From assembly GCA_035760905.1 (NCBI GenBank), contig DASTSC010000150.1:1-60723 (forward strand): DNA of 60,723 bases, read 5' to 3'. Below, in pieces: positions 37,213-48,343 of the stretch. Numbering within the stretch: the first letter of the stretch is position 1; every line of letters starts with the position of its first letter. A model generated the notes under the pieces. The model was not told the origin of the DNA, did not search any database, and saw only the letters and a list, made by a program, of their open reading frames with translations. Made by a program: the position numbers and the translations under genes. Source of the stretch: Candidatus Limnocylindrales bacterium. Lineage in GTDB: Bacteria; Chloroflexota; Limnocylindria; Limnocylindrales; CSP1-4.

Positions 37213-38949
37213 TCAGCGGTTGAGCCAGACGGAGTTGAGCGCCTCGTTCAGGTTGCCGGCGCCGACGAAGCCCTGGACGGCGGCACTGGCGGCAGCCGGC
37301 GGCTTCGAGTGGACGAGCGGCACGAACGGCAGGTCGCGGGCGAGGATGTCCTGGGCGTCGCTCCACGCCTGCTGGGCGGTCGCGTCGTCGGGCGCCGTAG
37401 CGCCCTTGTCGAACGCGGCCTTGAGCTCGGGCGGGCCGTACGCGAACTCGGGGTTCGGCTTGCTGCCCTGGAAGTGGAAGAACGCGGCAACGAGGAAGTT
37501 ATCGGGGCCCGGCCAGTCGCAGGTCCAGCCGAGGAGCCACATCGGGAACTTGCCGGTCGCCTCGTCGGCGAGGTAGCCCGTCCGCCAGCCCTCGGTCTTG
37601 AAGTTGACCTTGAACCCGACGGCCTCGAGGTCGTTCGCGATCGCCTGGGCGAGACCCTTCGGGTCGGGCATGTACGGACGAGCGACGTCGGAGGGGTAGT
37701 AGAAGGTCAGCGTGAGCGCGTCGCCGGACAGCCCGGACGCCGCGATCTCGGCCTTCGCCTTGTCGGGGTCGTACGTCGGCAGCCCCAGCGGCTTGTAGTA
37801 CTGGGTCGCCGGCGGCATGAAGTTGTCGGCCGGCTCGGCCAGCCCGGCGTAGAACGCGTCGATGTACGACTGCTTGTTGAGCGCGTACGCGATCGCGGTC
37901 CGGATGTGCTGGTTGTCGAACGGCTTCTGCTTCTGGTTCATCTCGAGGTTGCCGACGTTGCACGAGTCGCCGCGGTCGATGACCTGGAAGTTCGAGTCGC
38001 CCTTGAGCGTCTCGATGTCGTTCGGGGCGATCGTCTGGGCGAGGTCGATGTCACCGGCCTGGAGCGCGTTCAGCTCGGCCGCCTGGTCGGCGTACGGCTT
38101 GAACGTGACGCTGTCGAGGTGCGCCATGTTCGCCGAATCCCAGTAGTTGGGGTTCTTGACGATCGTGACGTGGTCGTTCGGGACCCATTCCTTGAACATG
38201 AACGGGCCGGTGCCGACCATCGACTTGCCGGTCCCGCCCTGGCCCTGGGCGTAGGGGCTCTTGCCCGGATCCGGGTTGTCCGCGTCGCCCGCCTTGAGCG
38301 CCGTCGGGCTCTGGATCCCGAACTGCGGCAGCGGCGCCTGCGAGATCAGGAAGTTCGACTGGGGCTGGTTGAGGGTGAACTTGACCGTGAAGTCGTCGAT
38401 CTTCTCGACCGACTTGAGGTTCGAGTCCGCGCCCCAGCCGAAGACCGCGCCGAAGTAGTAGTTGTAGGCGTCCTGGAGCTCCTTCGGGGCGTTCTTCTGG
38501 CGGTCGTAGTTGTAGACGACGGCGTCGGCGTTGAAGTCCGTGCCGTCGTGGAACTTCACGCCCTGGCGGAGCTTGAACGTGTACGTCAGTCCGTCGGCGC
38601 TCTTCTCCGGCAGGTCCGAGGCCAGAACCGGGATGACGTCGCCGAGCGTGCCGGGCTTCACCCCCAGCAGGCCCTCGATGACGTTGAGGTGGATGTACGA
38701 CGAGTTGCTGTCGCTCACGAGCGACGGATCGGCCTCGACCATGTCGCCGGGCAGGCCGACGATGAGGTCGCCGCCCTCCTTGATCGACGCCGACGGCGAC
38801 GTTGCGGGTGCCGACGAGGCCGGGGCCGACGCGCCGGTCGACGGCGCGGTCGACGGGGCGCTCGTTGGCGACGGCGACGCGGCGCCCTGGCAGGCCGCGA
38901 AGACGATCGCCGCAGCGGCGACGAGTCCCGCGGGACGAATCCTCAGCAT
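37213..38949 (-). CDS. Family-5 (peptide/nickel) ABC substrate-binding lipoprotein, operon 1
   Basis: Lies in ORF 37213..38970. I prefer ATG at 38949 (MLRIRPAGLVAAAAIVFAAC, lipobox), with GGAGGAG 10 nt upstream. A Ser/Pro/Ala linker is followed by an SBP_bac_5-type body. Confidence 0.85.
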   Translation of the reverse strand: MLRIRPAGLVAAAAIVFAACQGAASPSPTSAPSTAPSTGASAPASSAPATSPSASIKEGGDLIVGLPGDMVEADPSLVSDSNSSYIHLNVIEGLLGVKPGTLGDVIPVLASDLPEKSADGLTYTFKLRQGVKFHDGTDFNADAVVYNYDRQKNAPKELQDAYNYYFGAVFGWGADSNLKSVEKIDDFTVKFTLNQPQSNFLISQAPLPQFGIQSPTALKAGDADNPDPGKSPYAQGQGGTGKSMVGTGPFMFKEWVPNDHVTIVKNPNYWDSANMAHLDSVTFKPYADQAAELNALQAGDIDLAQTIAPNDIETLKGDSNFQVIDRGDSCNVGNLEMNQKQKPFDNQHIRTAIAYALNKQSYIDAFYAGLAEPADNFMPPATQYYKPLGLPTYDPDKAKAEIAASGLSGDALTLTFYYPSDVARPYMPDPKGLAQAIANDLEAVGFKVNFKTEGWRTGYLADEATGKFPMWLLGWTCDWPGPDNFLVAAFFHFQGSKPNPEFAYGPPELKAAFDKGATAPDDATAQQAWSDAQDILARDLPFVPLVHSKPPAAASAAVQGFVGAGNLNEALNSVWLNR

Positions 38950-39177
38950 GTCCTGGTGTCTCCTCCTCACTCGATGTCCGCCCCCGGCGTGACGCCCGGC
39001 AACGTCGGAGCCGGTGGCTCACAGGACCCGCGCATGATACTCAGGCCCGACGGCTTCCGAACCTCCCGCGGCCACGACGGCCGCCGATCGGTGCCCCCAC
39101 GCGAGCGGCATGCCCCCGCATCATGACATACGGACGAAGGTCCGCTCACGTTCGGGAACGCCTCCCGGCGCCGCGGA

Positions 39178-41079
39178 TCAACCCGACGCCTCCCACCAAT
39201 CCTCGACGTTCCACAGGTCGGAGCCGATCCCGGCCGGCGCGGCGGGCGTCGGCGCGACGTTCCTGGCCCGTCTCCCGATCGCGCCAACCGAGGGCCGGAA
39301 GTAGAGCGGGACGACCGCGTCGGTCGCGGCCGCGAGCTGCTGGACCCGATCGACCGCCGCGAGCGCGTCGGCGGGGTCGACGGCGGCGCGCAACGACTCG
39401 AGGGCCGCGTCCATCTGGTTGCCGTCGTAGCGGACGTAGTTGAAGCCGGCTCCGTCGTTCGCGTCGCTCGGGATCTGGCTCGAATGGAGGCTCAGGAAGT
39501 AGTCCGACACGAGGTCGAGCCCGAGCGAGGACGAGTAGAGCGCCGCGTCGAACGTGCCGCGGGCGAGGTTGCACGCCGTCGCCGCCGTCGCATCGCCCCA
39601 GTCGGCGAAGAGGACCGCGGCCGGATCGACGAACAGCGGCTCGACCCGGACACCGACGGGCGCGAGCGCGTCGGCGAGGTACTGGGCGCCCGTGTGGTGG
39701 GCGAGGTCGTCGCTCGTGCACAGCCGGAGGCTGAGCGGCTGGCCCGTCTTCGGATCGACCCGCACGCCGTCCGGGCCGCGCTCGTAGCCAGCCGCGTCGA
39801 GCGCGCCGGCCGCGGCCGAGGCGTCGACCGTGGGGCAGGCCGCGGCAATCCCCGAGGCGATCCAGAAGCTGTTCGCGGGGGCGATCGAGCAGGCCTGGCC
39901 GACGCGGTCGCCGCCGAGGGGATACGTGGCGGCGTAGAGGCCGGCCCGATCGATCGAGCCGACGATCGCGCTCCGGACGGCGCGGTCGGTGAGGGCCGGC
40001 AGGCCGCTGCCGGGGCCGTCGCCCGACGCGTTGAGGTCGAGGTGCTCGAGCCGCCAGGTCGGGACGACATCGATCGCGGCCTGGTCGGGCGAGAGCCTCC
40101 CGAGGACCGTGAGGTCGTCGGCCGTGAGCCCGAGGCCGACGTCGACCGAGCCGTCGGCGATCGCGCTCTCGAGCTGGTCCTTGTCGTCGACGAAGGCCCG
40201 GAACGTGAGCCGGTCGAGGTAGGCCCCACGGCCGCCGTCGACCCACCGCTCGTTGCGGACCAGGCTCACCCCGGTCGATCCCGCAGAGGCGTACCGGAAC
40301 GGGCCGTCGACGGGGATCCGCGCGGCCGCGTCGGAGAGCGGGAAGGCCGAGGCGGCGGCCGACGGCGGCAGATCCTTCATCGCGTGCTCCGGGAGCGGTG
40401 GGTTGAGCCCGACGACCGCGAGCCAGTCGGGCGTGACGTCCGCGAAGTGGTAGCTGGCCGACAGACCGTCGTCGGCGACCGTGATCCGATCGACGGTCTG
40501 CCAGTTCCGGGGGTCGACCGTGCCCTGATCGGCCGCGAGGACCCAGCTCCGGGCGAACGCGAAGTCGTCCATCGTGAGCGGCTCGCCGTCCGACCAGCGG
40601 AGCCCCGACCGGAGCTTGACCCGAACCGAGAAGCCGGTTCCCTCCTTGTCGCGGGTCACGCTCGCGCCGTCGATCGGCGCGGCCGCGAGCTCGGTCGCCC
40701 AGCGACCGTCGTCGGTGAGCGCCAGGAGCGAGCGAGTCGTGGCGCCGAGGACCTCGGCGTTGACGGGATCGGCGGGAGCGTACGGATCGAGGCTCGAGAG
40801 CGACCGCCAGTCCCCGACCACGAGCTCGCCGCCCTGCCGCCCAGGCTCGGGGCGATAGGCCGAGGCGTAGAGCCGGGCAGCCCCGCTGACCGGCGAGCCA
40901 CTCGGGCCCGGGGAGGAGGGCGAAGACGACACGGCCGTCGACGGAGACGCCGGCGTCGTCGGCGACAGGCTCGCCTCGGCGGGCGACGGCGGCGGGCTCG
41001 GGGTCGACCCGCAGCCGGCGAGAACGAAAGCCAGGATCGCGACGCCGCACACGGCGGCGAGGGATGGGCGCCGGGTCAC
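39178..41079 (-). CDS. Family-5 ABC substrate-binding lipoprotein, terminal gene of operon 2
   Basis: In frame with ORF 39178..41310. GTG at 41079 overlaps the OppF-like stop (GTGA). The signal peptide and lipobox read [14 protein letters not shown]. The SBP_bac_5-like body is divergent. Confidence 0.75.
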   Translation of the reverse strand: MTRRPSLAAVCGVAILAFVLAGCGSTPSPPPSPAEASLSPTTPASPSTAVSSSPSSPGPSGSPVSGAARLYASAYRPEPGRQGGELVVGDWRSLSSLDPYAPADPVNAEVLGATTRSLLALTDDGRWATELAAAPIDGASVTRDKEGTGFSVRVKLRSGLRWSDGEPLTMDDFAFARSWVLAADQGTVDPRNWQTVDRITVADDGLSASYHFADVTPDWLAVVGLNPPLPEHAMKDLPPSAAASAFPLSDAAARIPVDGPFRYASAGSTGVSLVRNERWVDGGRGAYLDRLTFRAFVDDKDQLESAIADGSVDVGLGLTADDLTVLGRLSPDQAAIDVVPTWRLEHLDLNASGDGPGSGLPALTDRAVRSAIVGSIDRAGLYAATYPLGGDRVGQACSIAPANSFWIASGIAAACPTVDASAAAGALDAAGYERGPDGVRVDPKTGQPLSLRLCTSDDLAHHTGAQYLADALAPVGVRVEPLFVDPAAVLFADWGDATAATACNLARGTFDAALYSSSLGLDLVSDYFLSLHSSQIPSDANDGAGFNYVRYDGNQMDAALESLRAAVDPADALAAVDRVQQLAAATDAVVPLYFRPSVGAIGRRARNVAPTPAAPAGIGSDLWNVEDWWEASG

Positions 41080-42353
41080 GACCTCGGGTCGACCACCGGT
41101 CCGGTCGGCGGGACGGGACGCGTCGGCGGGACGGGATGCGCCGGGCCCCCGGGCTCGGGCTCGACGCCGACCGCGACACCATCGTTCGATGGCGAAGCCG
41201 CGGCCCCGGCCTGGGCGGAGACGGGCGGCGACATGACGGCCGCGGGCGACGCCTCGTCGAGCGTCGGCACGGCCTGGGCGACGAGGTTCTCGGGGATCTC
41301 CTCGGCCCAATGGCAGGCGACCCGATGGCCGCCGCCGATGTCCCGGAAGGCGGGGTCATCGGTGACGCAGTTCTCGGGCCGGTTGAGCCGCTCGTAGAGC
41401 CAGCAGCGAGTGTGGAAGCGGCAGCCCGAGGGCGGCGCCGCCGGCGAGGGGACGTCACCCGTGAGCACGAGCCGCTTCTTGCGGATCCGGGGATCCGGGT
41501 CCGGGACGGCCGACAGGAGCGCGACCGTGTACGGGTGACGCGGGTTGGCGTAGAGCTCGTCGACCCCGGCCATCTCGACGAGCTTGCCGAGATACATCAC
41601 CCCGACCCGATCGCTGATGTACTGGACGACCGAGAGGTTGTGGGCGATGAACAGGTAGGTGAGGTTGAACTCCCGGCGGAGGTCGAGGAGGAGGTTGAGG
41701 ATCTGGCTCTGGATCGAGACGTCGAGCGCCGAGACCGGCTCGTCGCAGACGACGAACTCGGGGTTGAGCGCGAGGGCCCGGGCGATCCCGATCCGCTGCC
41801 GCTGGCCGCCCGAGAACTCGTGGGGGTAGCGGCGGGTGTAGTCGCGCCGGAGGCCGACCGCCTCGAGCGAGTCCTCGACCCGCTTGTCGCGGACGCGTCG
41901 GCTACGCCAGCCGTTCTGGGCGTCCGCCTGGGCGAGCAGCCCCTCGCCGATGATGTCCGAGATCGGCATCCGCGGGTTGAGCGACCCGACCGGGTCCTGG
42001 AAGATGATCTGCATCCGCCGGCGGAGGCGTTTCAGGTCGCGTCCGGACTTCGCGAAGATGTTCTCGCCGGCGATCGTCGCCCGGCCGCCGGTGGGTGGCT
42101 GGAGCCGGATGAGCGTCTTGCCCAGCGTCGACTTGCCGCAGCCGGACTCGCCGACGAGGCCGAAGACCTCGCCGCGGCGGACCTCGAAGCTGACCCCGTC
42201 GACCGCCTTCACGTCGCCGATCTTGCGGCGCAGGATCCCACCGACGATCGGGTAGTACTTGACGAGGTCCTCGACCTCGATCAGCGGCTCCCCGGCGGCC
42301 CCCGGCTCGGCCGCCGTTCGCGGCTCCCCGGCCGGTGCCTGGACCTCGGTCAT
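41076..42353 (-). CDS. Peptide/nickel ABC transporter ATP-binding protein, OppF-like, operon 2
   Basis: In frame with ORF 41076..42860. ATG at 42353 overlaps the OppD-like stop (ATGA). It contains [24 protein letters not shown] and [11 protein letters not shown], followed by a Pro-rich tail of about 85 aa. Confidence 0.85.
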   Translation of the reverse strand: MTEVQAPAGEPRTAAEPGAAGEPLIEVEDLVKYYPIVGGILRRKIGDVKAVDGVSFEVRRGEVFGLVGESGCGKSTLGKTLIRLQPPTGGRATIAGENIFAKSGRDLKRLRRRMQIIFQDPVGSLNPRMPISDIIGEGLLAQADAQNGWRSRRVRDKRVEDSLEAVGLRRDYTRRYPHEFSGGQRQRIGIARALALNPEFVVCDEPVSALDVSIQSQILNLLLDLRREFNLTYLFIAHNLSVVQYISDRVGVMYLGKLVEMAGVDELYANPRHPYTVALLSAVPDPDPRIRKKRLVLTGDVPSPAAPPSGCRFHTRCWLYERLNRPENCVTDDPAFRDIGGGHRVACHWAEEIPENLVAQAVPTLDEASPAAVMSPPVSAQAGAAASPSNDGVAVGVEPEPGGPAHPVPPTRPVPPTGPVVDPRS

Positions 42354-43429
42354 GACGGCCGACCCGCTGGCCGGGTCCGGGCCCGTGGCGGGATTGGCGA
42401 TCCCGGCGCCGGCGTGTAGAGCCAGCAGGCGACGTCGGGTGGGTTGGCGTCCTCGATCCGCGGATCGTGGACCGTGCACGGAGCGAACGCGTAGGGGCAG
42501 CGCGGCTCGAAGTTGCAGCCCTCCGGCATGTTGAACGGGTTCGGGACGGTGCCCTTGATCACGTTCAGGCGCTGCCCGCGCATTCCCTTCGACGGGATCG
42601 AGGTGAGCAGCCCCTCGGTGTAGGGGTGCTTCGGTGCGAGCAGGACGCCGTCGACGCTGCCGGTCTCCACGACGCGACCGGCATACATGACGACGACGTC
42701 GTGGACGGTCTCGGCGACGACGCCGAGGTCGTGGGTGATGAGCATGAGGGCGGCGCCCGTCTCGTCCTGGACCTTGCGGATCAGCTCGAGGATCTGGGCC
42801 TGGATCGTGACGTCGAGCGCCGTCGTCGGCTCGTCGGCGATGAGGAGCTTCGGGTCGCACGAGAGGGCCATCGCGATCATGACCCGCTGGCGCATGCCGC
42901 CCGACAGCTCGTGCGGGTACTGCTTCACCCGCCGCTCCGGGTTGTTGATCCCGACGGCCTTGATCGACTCGATCGCCTTGTCCCAGGCGTCCTTCCGCGA
43001 CAGGTGCTGATGGAGGACGACGGCCTCGGCGATCTGGTCGCCGACCGTGAAGACGGGGTTGAGGCTGGTCATGGGCTCCTGGAAGATCATCGCCACGTCG
43101 TTGCCCCGGACGTGGCGCATCTCCTCGTCGCTCAGGTGGAGGAGGTCCCGCCCGTCGAACAGGATCTCGCCGGACACGATCTCGGCCGGCGGGATGTCGA
43201 GCAGTCGCATGATCGAGAGCGCGGTGACGCTCTTCCCGCAGCCCGACTCCCCGACGACGCCGAGGGTCTGGCCACGACGGATCGAGAACGAGACGCCGTC
43301 GACCGCCCGGACCGTCCCGTCCATGACGTGGAAGTAGGTCCGGAGATCGCGCACGTCGAGGAGGACGTCGGGTGCCGTCGCTCCTGCCGGCCCGCGCTCG
43401 GCGGTCGGCGCGGTGGTCGAGAAGGTCAA
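42350..43429 (-). CDS. Peptide/nickel ABC transporter ATP-binding protein, OppD-like, operon 2
   Basis: 359-aa ORF with a TTG start at 43429. It contains [24 protein letters not shown] and GCNFEPRC. Confidence 0.85.
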   Translation of the reverse strand: MTFSTTAPTAERGPAGATAPDVLLDVRDLRTYFHVMDGTVRAVDGVSFSIRRGQTLGVVGESGCGKSVTALSIMRLLDIPPAEIVSGEILFDGRDLLHLSDEEMRHVRGNDVAMIFQEPMTSLNPVFTVGDQIAEAVVLHQHLSRKDAWDKAIESIKAVGINNPERRVKQYPHELSGGMRQRVMIAMALSCDPKLLIADEPTTALDVTIQAQILELIRKVQDETGAALMLITHDLGVVAETVHDVVVMYAGRVVETGSVDGVLLAPKHPYTEGLLTSIPSKGMRGQRLNVIKGTVPNPFNMPEGCNFEPRCPYAFAPCTVHDPRIEDANPPDVACWLYTPAPGSPIPPRARTRPAGRPS

Positions 43430-43433
43430 GGGG

Positions 43434-44381
43434 TCACTCCCTCGAGCGGGGATCCAGCGCGTCGCGGAGTCCGTCGCCCATGAAGTTGATCGAGATCACC
43501 GTCAGGGCGATGAAGAAGCCCGGGAAGAACGGCCACCACCAGTTGCCGACCGACATCCGGCTCTGCGCGTTCGACAGGGCGTTCCCCCAGCTGACGTCCT
43601 GCGCCTTCAGTCCGAAGTTCAGATACGAGACGAAGGCCTCGAGGATGATCGCGTTCGCGACCAGCAGGGTCGCGGTCACGATGATCGGCCCGAGGGCATT
43701 CGGAAGGATATGCCGGAACGCGATCCGGAAGTCACCGACGCCGACCGCGCGGGCGGCCTGGACGAACTCCTGCTCCCGCAGCGACAGGAAGAGGGCCCGG
43801 ACGAGCCGGGCGAGACCCGGCCACAGGAGGATCCCGAAGATCGCGATGAGCGGCACGAGCTCGCCGCCACCGAAGAAGCGGGCCGCGACGAGGACGACGA
43901 AGAGGAGCGGGATCGAGAGGAAGAGGTCGACGAGCCGCATGAGGATGTTGTCGATCCGCCCGCCGAAGTAGCCCGCGATCGCGCCGACCACGGTCCCGAT
44001 CGTGACCGAGATGAGCATCGTCGTGAGGCCGATGAGCATCGACAGGCGCGCGCCGTTGGCCACGAGGCGCCACACGCTCCGACCTGCGCCGTCCGAGCCG
44101 AACGGCGGATCCTGGAGCGGCGAGAAGCCCTGCGGTCCCGGCAGGTCGCTGCGGACGGCGAGCCGGTCGAACGGCCAGATGATCGGGCCGATGATCGCGA
44201 GCACGATCATGAACAGGAAGATCCCGCCGCCGATGAGCGCGAGGCGGTGGCGCTTGTACCTGCGCCAGGCCAGCTGCCACTGGTTGAGCGACTCGAGGGC
44301 GACCTCGAAGTCTGCCGTCGGCTGGGCTGCTCCCGGGTCGCCTGCCGGAGCGAGCCCACCCACCGTCGTCTGATCGGTCAT
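43434..44381 (-). CDS. Peptide/nickel ABC transporter permease, OppC-like, operon 2
   Basis: 315-aa ORF with several TM spans and the conserved permease core (...[12 protein letters not shown]...). Confidence 0.85.
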   Translation of the reverse strand: MTDQTTVGGLAPAGDPGAAQPTADFEVALESLNQWQLAWRRYKRHRLALIGGGIFLFMIVLAIIGPIIWPFDRLAVRSDLPGPQGFSPLQDPPFGSDGAGRSVWRLVANGARLSMLIGLTTMLISVTIGTVVGAIAGYFGGRIDNILMRLVDLFLSIPLLFVVLVAARFFGGGELVPLIAIFGILLWPGLARLVRALFLSLREQEFVQAARAVGVGDFRIAFRHILPNALGPIIVTATLLVANAIILEAFVSYLNFGLKAQDVSWGNALSNAQSRMSVGNWWWPFFPGFFIALTVISINFMGDGLRDALDPRSRE

Positions 44382-44384
44382 CGG

Positions 44385-45500
44385 TCAGTCGTACCGGATC
44401 CGCGGGTCGATGACGGCGTAGATCACGTCGGCGATGAGGTTGGCCACGAGGACGAGCATCGAGCTGATGAGCAGCAGGCCCATGAGCACGAAGTAGTCGC
44501 TCGCGTTGATCGACTCGATGAAGAGCCGGCCCATGCCCGTCCAGCTGAAGATCGTCTCGGTGATGATCGCCCCCGAGAAGAGGAACGGCAGCTCGAGGGC
44601 GACGTTCGTGACGACCGGCAGGAGCGCGTTGCGGAGGGCGTGCTTCGCGATGACGGTCCGACCCGGGAGTCCCTTCGCCTTGGCGGTCCGGACGTAGTCC
44701 TGGCCGAGCGACTCGAGCATCGAGGCCCGGACGAACCGGCTGTCGCCGGCGATGCTGATCGCGACGAGCGTGATCACGGGCAGGATCAGGTGACGTCCGA
44801 CGTCGATGATCGCGTCGAACGGCTTGGCGCCGAAGGCGTCCCAGTACTGGGGCGTGTTGAACGGCGGCCACTGCCTCGGTGTCACGATCCCGGCCGCCGG
44901 GACCCATCTCAGGTTCACCGCGAAGATGAAGATGAGCATGAGACCAAGCCAGAACGTCGGCAGCGAGTAGAAGACGTAGCTGAAGAACGTCATCAGCTGG
45001 TCGAAGAGCGAGTAGCGGTGGACGGCCGCGTAGACGCCGACGAAGATCGCGATGCCGACCCACAGGACGAGCGCGACGGTCGTCAGGATGATCGTGGCCG
45101 GGACGCGCTCGAGGATCACGTCCATGACCGGTCGACCGGTGTTCACGCTGAAGCCGAGATTGCCCTTGATGATTCCGTTCGTGCCGCCGCCCATCTGGGG
45201 CGGCAGGATGTTGAGGGCGCCCGAATCGGCGAAGAGGTTGTCGGGGAACGTGTCCTTGGAGCAGTTGAGGACCCCGAACCAGCCGCCGAACTCCTTGAGG
45301 ATCGTGAACGGCGTCGTCTCACGCGACAGACACCACTCCTTGAGCCAGGCGTCGATCTGTTCCTGGGTGATCTTCTTGTTGAGCTGGAACTGCGCCTGAG
45401 GGCCACCCGGAGCGAGCTTCATGAGGGCGAAGCTCAGCACGATGATCCCGAAGAGGAGCGGCAGGAGGCCGATGGCGCGGCGGACGATGTACTTGGTCAT
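44385..45500 (-). CDS. Peptide/nickel ABC transporter permease, OppB-like, operon 2
   Basis: Lies in ORF 44385..45521. I prefer ATG at 45500 (MTKYIVRRAIGLLPLLFG...), the usual OppB N-terminus; the track's start at 45521 is a GTG. The DYVRTAKAKGL motif is present, and the first periplasmic loop is long. Confidence 0.8.
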   Translation of the reverse strand: MTKYIVRRAIGLLPLLFGIIVLSFALMKLAPGGPQAQFQLNKKITQEQIDAWLKEWCLSRETTPFTILKEFGGWFGVLNCSKDTFPDNLFADSGALNILPPQMGGGTNGIIKGNLGFSVNTGRPVMDVILERVPATIILTTVALVLWVGIAIFVGVYAAVHRYSLFDQLMTFFSYVFYSLPTFWLGLMLIFIFAVNLRWVPAAGIVTPRQWPPFNTPQYWDAFGAKPFDAIIDVGRHLILPVITLVAISIAGDSRFVRASMLESLGQDYVRTAKAKGLPGRTVIAKHALRNALLPVVTNVALELPFLFSGAIITETIFSWTGMGRLFIESINASDYFVLMGLLLISSMLVLVANLIADVIYAVIDPRIRYD

Positions 45501-45599
45501 CTGGTCCGGATCTCGGTCCACGGGTCGTCACGGGGGGTCCGTGACGAGGTCCTGATCGCCATGCCCGATCCTCTGGCGGATCGAGCGGGAGTATAGCGA

Positions 45600-45626
45600 G
45601 GCAGCGGCCGGGGGCCGGCCGCTGCC
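45600..45626 (-). promoter_or_regulatory. Perfect 12-bp GC hairpin in the spacer between the binding-protein gene and the permease genes of operon 2
   Basis: GGCAGCGGCCGG-GGG-CCGGCCGCTGCC. A second 8-bp hairpin (CGTCACGG-GGGGT-CCGTGACG) lies at 45526-45546. Confidence 0.5.
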
Positions 45627-45651
45627 TGCTGTCAGCTCCGAGTACGGGGCC

Positions 45652-47532
45652 CTACTGCGTAACGAACCAGTCCTGGCTGTTCCACATGTCGGACTGCGTG
45701 CCCGGGTTCTGGAAGAAGTTCTGGAGCCGGCTCGACAGGCCGCGGACCTGGGTCCGGTAGTAGAGCGCGACTTCGTAGACCTTCTCGACGTCGATGATCC
45801 GCTGGAGGTCGTAGGCCGACTGGATCTGGTCCGCCGGGTTGAGCGCGCTCTTCAGCGTGTCGATCGCGGCGTCGACGTCCGGGTCCTTGAGGTAGAGCCA
45901 GTTGTAGCCATTGCCCTTGTTCGCGTCGGTCGGGATCTGGGCGCTGGCATAGCTGTAGTAGTAGTCGCCGAACAGGTCGAACGACAGGACGTACGCGAAC
46001 TCGCCGGTGTCGTAGTTGCCGCGCGAGAGGGCGCACTTCGTGTCCGGGCTCGTGTCGGCCCAGCCCGCGAAGAAGACCTTCGTCGAGTCGACGTAGCTCG
46101 TGTTCATCTTGATGCCGATCGCCTCGAGGCTCTTGGCGATGAAGTCACCGCTGGTCTGCCGGACCGGGGTGTTCGAGGTGCAGTGCTCGAGGACGAGCGG
46201 CTGCCCGCTCTTGTCGGTCCGGACGCCATCGGCGCCCTTGGCGTAGCCGGCCTGGTCGAGCGCCGTGTTCGCGGCATCGACGTCGAAGCCGGGGCAGGTC
46301 GCCTGGTCCTGGGGCAGGGCGAAGTACATCTGGCCGGGGACGCCGCTCTGGCAGGGGGTGACGTCAGGAACGGGCGTGCCGGGGAAGAGCGTGCTCCAGA
46401 GGGCCTTCTTGTCGATCGCCTGGGCGATCGCCTTGCGGACGACCGGGTCCTGGAGCGCCGGGTTGCCCTTGCCGGGCCCCGCGCCCTTCTGGTTCATGTC
46501 GAGGTGCTCGTACTCCCAGCCGGGGGCCTGGAGCGCCTTGCCGATGCTCGGGTCGACGTCCTGGATCGAGGCGAAATCCGCGGTCTGGAGGTCGAGAGCC
46601 AGGTCGATCGCACCGGTCTTGAAGTCGGCGATCATGCCGTCCTTGTTGTCCGGGTACGACTTGAACGTGATCCCGTCGAGGCAGGCCGTGCCGCCGCAGG
46701 CGGTCCCGTCCTTGTAGTTGTCGTTCCGAGCGAGCTCGATCGTGTCCGCCGAGGCCGTCTCGTACTTGAACGGGCCGCTGACCGGAACCTTCCCGATATC
46801 GGCGGTCAGCGGGTAGAGCTTGCTGTCGTTCTTGGCCGGCAGGTCCTTCAGGTAGTGCTCGGGCAGCGGCGGGTTGCCGCCGATCGTCGCGAGCCAGCCC
46901 GCGAAGGGCTCCTTGAAGTGGAAGTCGGCCGAGAGGCCGTCGGACGAGACATCGACCTTGTCGATCTCGTCCCAGCCGCCGAGCGTGATGCCCTTCTGGT
47001 CGGGGTCGTTGACCCGCTGCCAGGTGAACTTGTAGTCGTTCATGGTCAGCGGCTGGCCGTCCGACCACATCTCGTTCGGCTTCATCTCCGCGTGAACGGT
47101 GAAGCCGTTCCCGGTCGCGTCCTTCTTGACGCTGTCCTGGAACGTGAGCGGCTTGGCGAACAGGTCCTGCATGTAGTGGCCGTCGGCCGAGACGAGCAGG
47201 CCTGACCGCGTCGTCATCGCCAGCACCTCGGTGTTGGCGAAGGCGTTCGAGAAGTAGTAGTTCAGCTGGTTCGGCGCCTGCCACTCACCGACGATCACCT
47301 TGCCGCCGGGAGTGCCCTGCTGCGGCTGGTAGTTCGCGCCGTACAGGATCTGGTTGATGTCCTGGCTGCCGGACGGCGACTCGGCGGCCGATGCCGACGG
47401 CGACTCCGAGGCCGGCGCGCTCGCCGGCGCGCTCGACGCCGGTGCCGTGCTCGGCGACGGCGACGTCGCGCCCTGGCATGCCCCGAACACGATCGCCGTG
47501 CTCGCGAGCAAGCCGAGGAAAGGCTTTCGCAT
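45652..47532 (-). CDS. Family-5 (peptide/nickel) ABC substrate-binding lipoprotein, first gene of operon 2
   Basis: 626-aa ORF. MRKPFLGLLASTAIVFGAC provides the lipobox. The signal peptide and linker are nearly identical in style to those of the operon-1 binding protein. Confidence 0.85.
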   Translation of the reverse strand: MRKPFLGLLASTAIVFGACQGATSPSPSTAPASSAPASAPASESPSASAAESPSGSQDINQILYGANYQPQQGTPGGKVIVGEWQAPNQLNYYFSNAFANTEVLAMTTRSGLLVSADGHYMQDLFAKPLTFQDSVKKDATGNGFTVHAEMKPNEMWSDGQPLTMNDYKFTWQRVNDPDQKGITLGGWDEIDKVDVSSDGLSADFHFKEPFAGWLATIGGNPPLPEHYLKDLPAKNDSKLYPLTADIGKVPVSGPFKYETASADTIELARNDNYKDGTACGGTACLDGITFKSYPDNKDGMIADFKTGAIDLALDLQTADFASIQDVDPSIGKALQAPGWEYEHLDMNQKGAGPGKGNPALQDPVVRKAIAQAIDKKALWSTLFPGTPVPDVTPCQSGVPGQMYFALPQDQATCPGFDVDAANTALDQAGYAKGADGVRTDKSGQPLVLEHCTSNTPVRQTSGDFIAKSLEAIGIKMNTSYVDSTKVFFAGWADTSPDTKCALSRGNYDTGEFAYVLSFDLFGDYYYSYASAQIPTDANKGNGYNWLYLKDPDVDAAIDTLKSALNPADQIQSAYDLQRIIDVEKVYEVALYYRTQVRGLSSRLQNFFQNPGTQSDMWNSQDWFVTQ

Positions 47533-47673
47533 GAATGATCCTCCCGCTGGTTCCGGTGGCTCCCAATTGCGGCGGAGCGCACGTGCTCAACGTCGCCCAT
47601 CGGAGCGCGGACCCCCGCCGGCACGGAGGATAGGGAACGGGCACGTCGAGCCGCGCGTGGCCGCGCTGGCGCG

Positions 47674-47704
47674 AATAATGGCGACGTCGTCGGGCCGGTG
47701 TCAA
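47674..47704 (-). promoter_or_regulatory. Near-consensus sigma-70-type promoter for peptide ABC operon 2
   Basis: On the minus strand, TTGACA (47704-47699) is followed by a 19-nt spacer and ATTATT (47679-47674). Read as CATTAT, the spacer is 18 nt. The predicted leader to the ATG at 47532 is about 135 nt. Confidence 0.5.
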
Positions 47705-47770
47705 ACCGCCGACACGCCGGGTGTCATTCGTTCCGCTCGGCAACCTCCTCCGGCCGGCGCTCGCCGGCCG

Positions 47771-48343
47771 TCATCGCACCCGCTCGGCGCTGGGCGCCTT
47801 TGGCGCGCTCTCCTTCGGGATGCCGCGGCCATCGGGCCCCATCCAGTGGGTGGCCGGATCGGGCACGATCACGTCCGGCTCACGCGGAACCGGCTGGCCG
47901 GCATGGTCGAGAAGTCGTCGTTCGGCGATCGCGCTCGTCGCGACCCGGAGCGCGATCACGCGGCTGTAGGGCGACAGGTCGGTCGAGTCACCGAGGCTCG
48001 TCGGCCGCCAGGTCTGGACGCCGACGAGCGCGCCGACGAGGGCCGCGCTCGTCGCCAGGCCGGCGAGGGTCGCCCGGACCTGGGCGCGCGAGACGTGGGG
48101 CCGCTCGAGACGGCGTCGGAGCCGGGTCCACGCCGCCGGAGACGGGTCGAGGCCGGCGCCCTCGACGGCGACGCGCCGGAGCGCGGCGATCGTGAGGGCC
48201 GTCGATTCGAGCTCCTGACGGCAGGCCGGGCAGCGGTCGAGGTGGTCGAACGCCGCCGGCGTCCGCGGTCCGCGTTCGCCGCGATCGACGAAGTCGAGCA
48301 GGACCGCGCGGTGGCGCGTACAGGGGTGCGTCCGCGGGCTCAC
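47771..48343 (-). CDS. Membrane-anchored zinc-finger (ZAS-type) anti-sigma factor
   Basis: In frame with ORF 47771..48736. GTG at 48343 overlaps the sigma-factor stop (GTGA). It has the HLDRCPAC motif (HxxxCxxC), one TM span (LAGLATSAALVGALVGV) and an extracytoplasmic tail. Confidence 0.75.
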   Translation of the reverse strand: MSPRTHPCTRHRAVLLDFVDRGERGPRTPAAFDHLDRCPACRQELESTALTIAALRRVAVEGAGLDPSPAAWTRLRRRLERPHVSRAQVRATLAGLATSAALVGALVGVQTWRPTSLGDSTDLSPYSRVIALRVATSAIAERRLLDHAGQPVPREPDVIVPDPATHWMGPDGRGIPKESAPKAPSAERVR

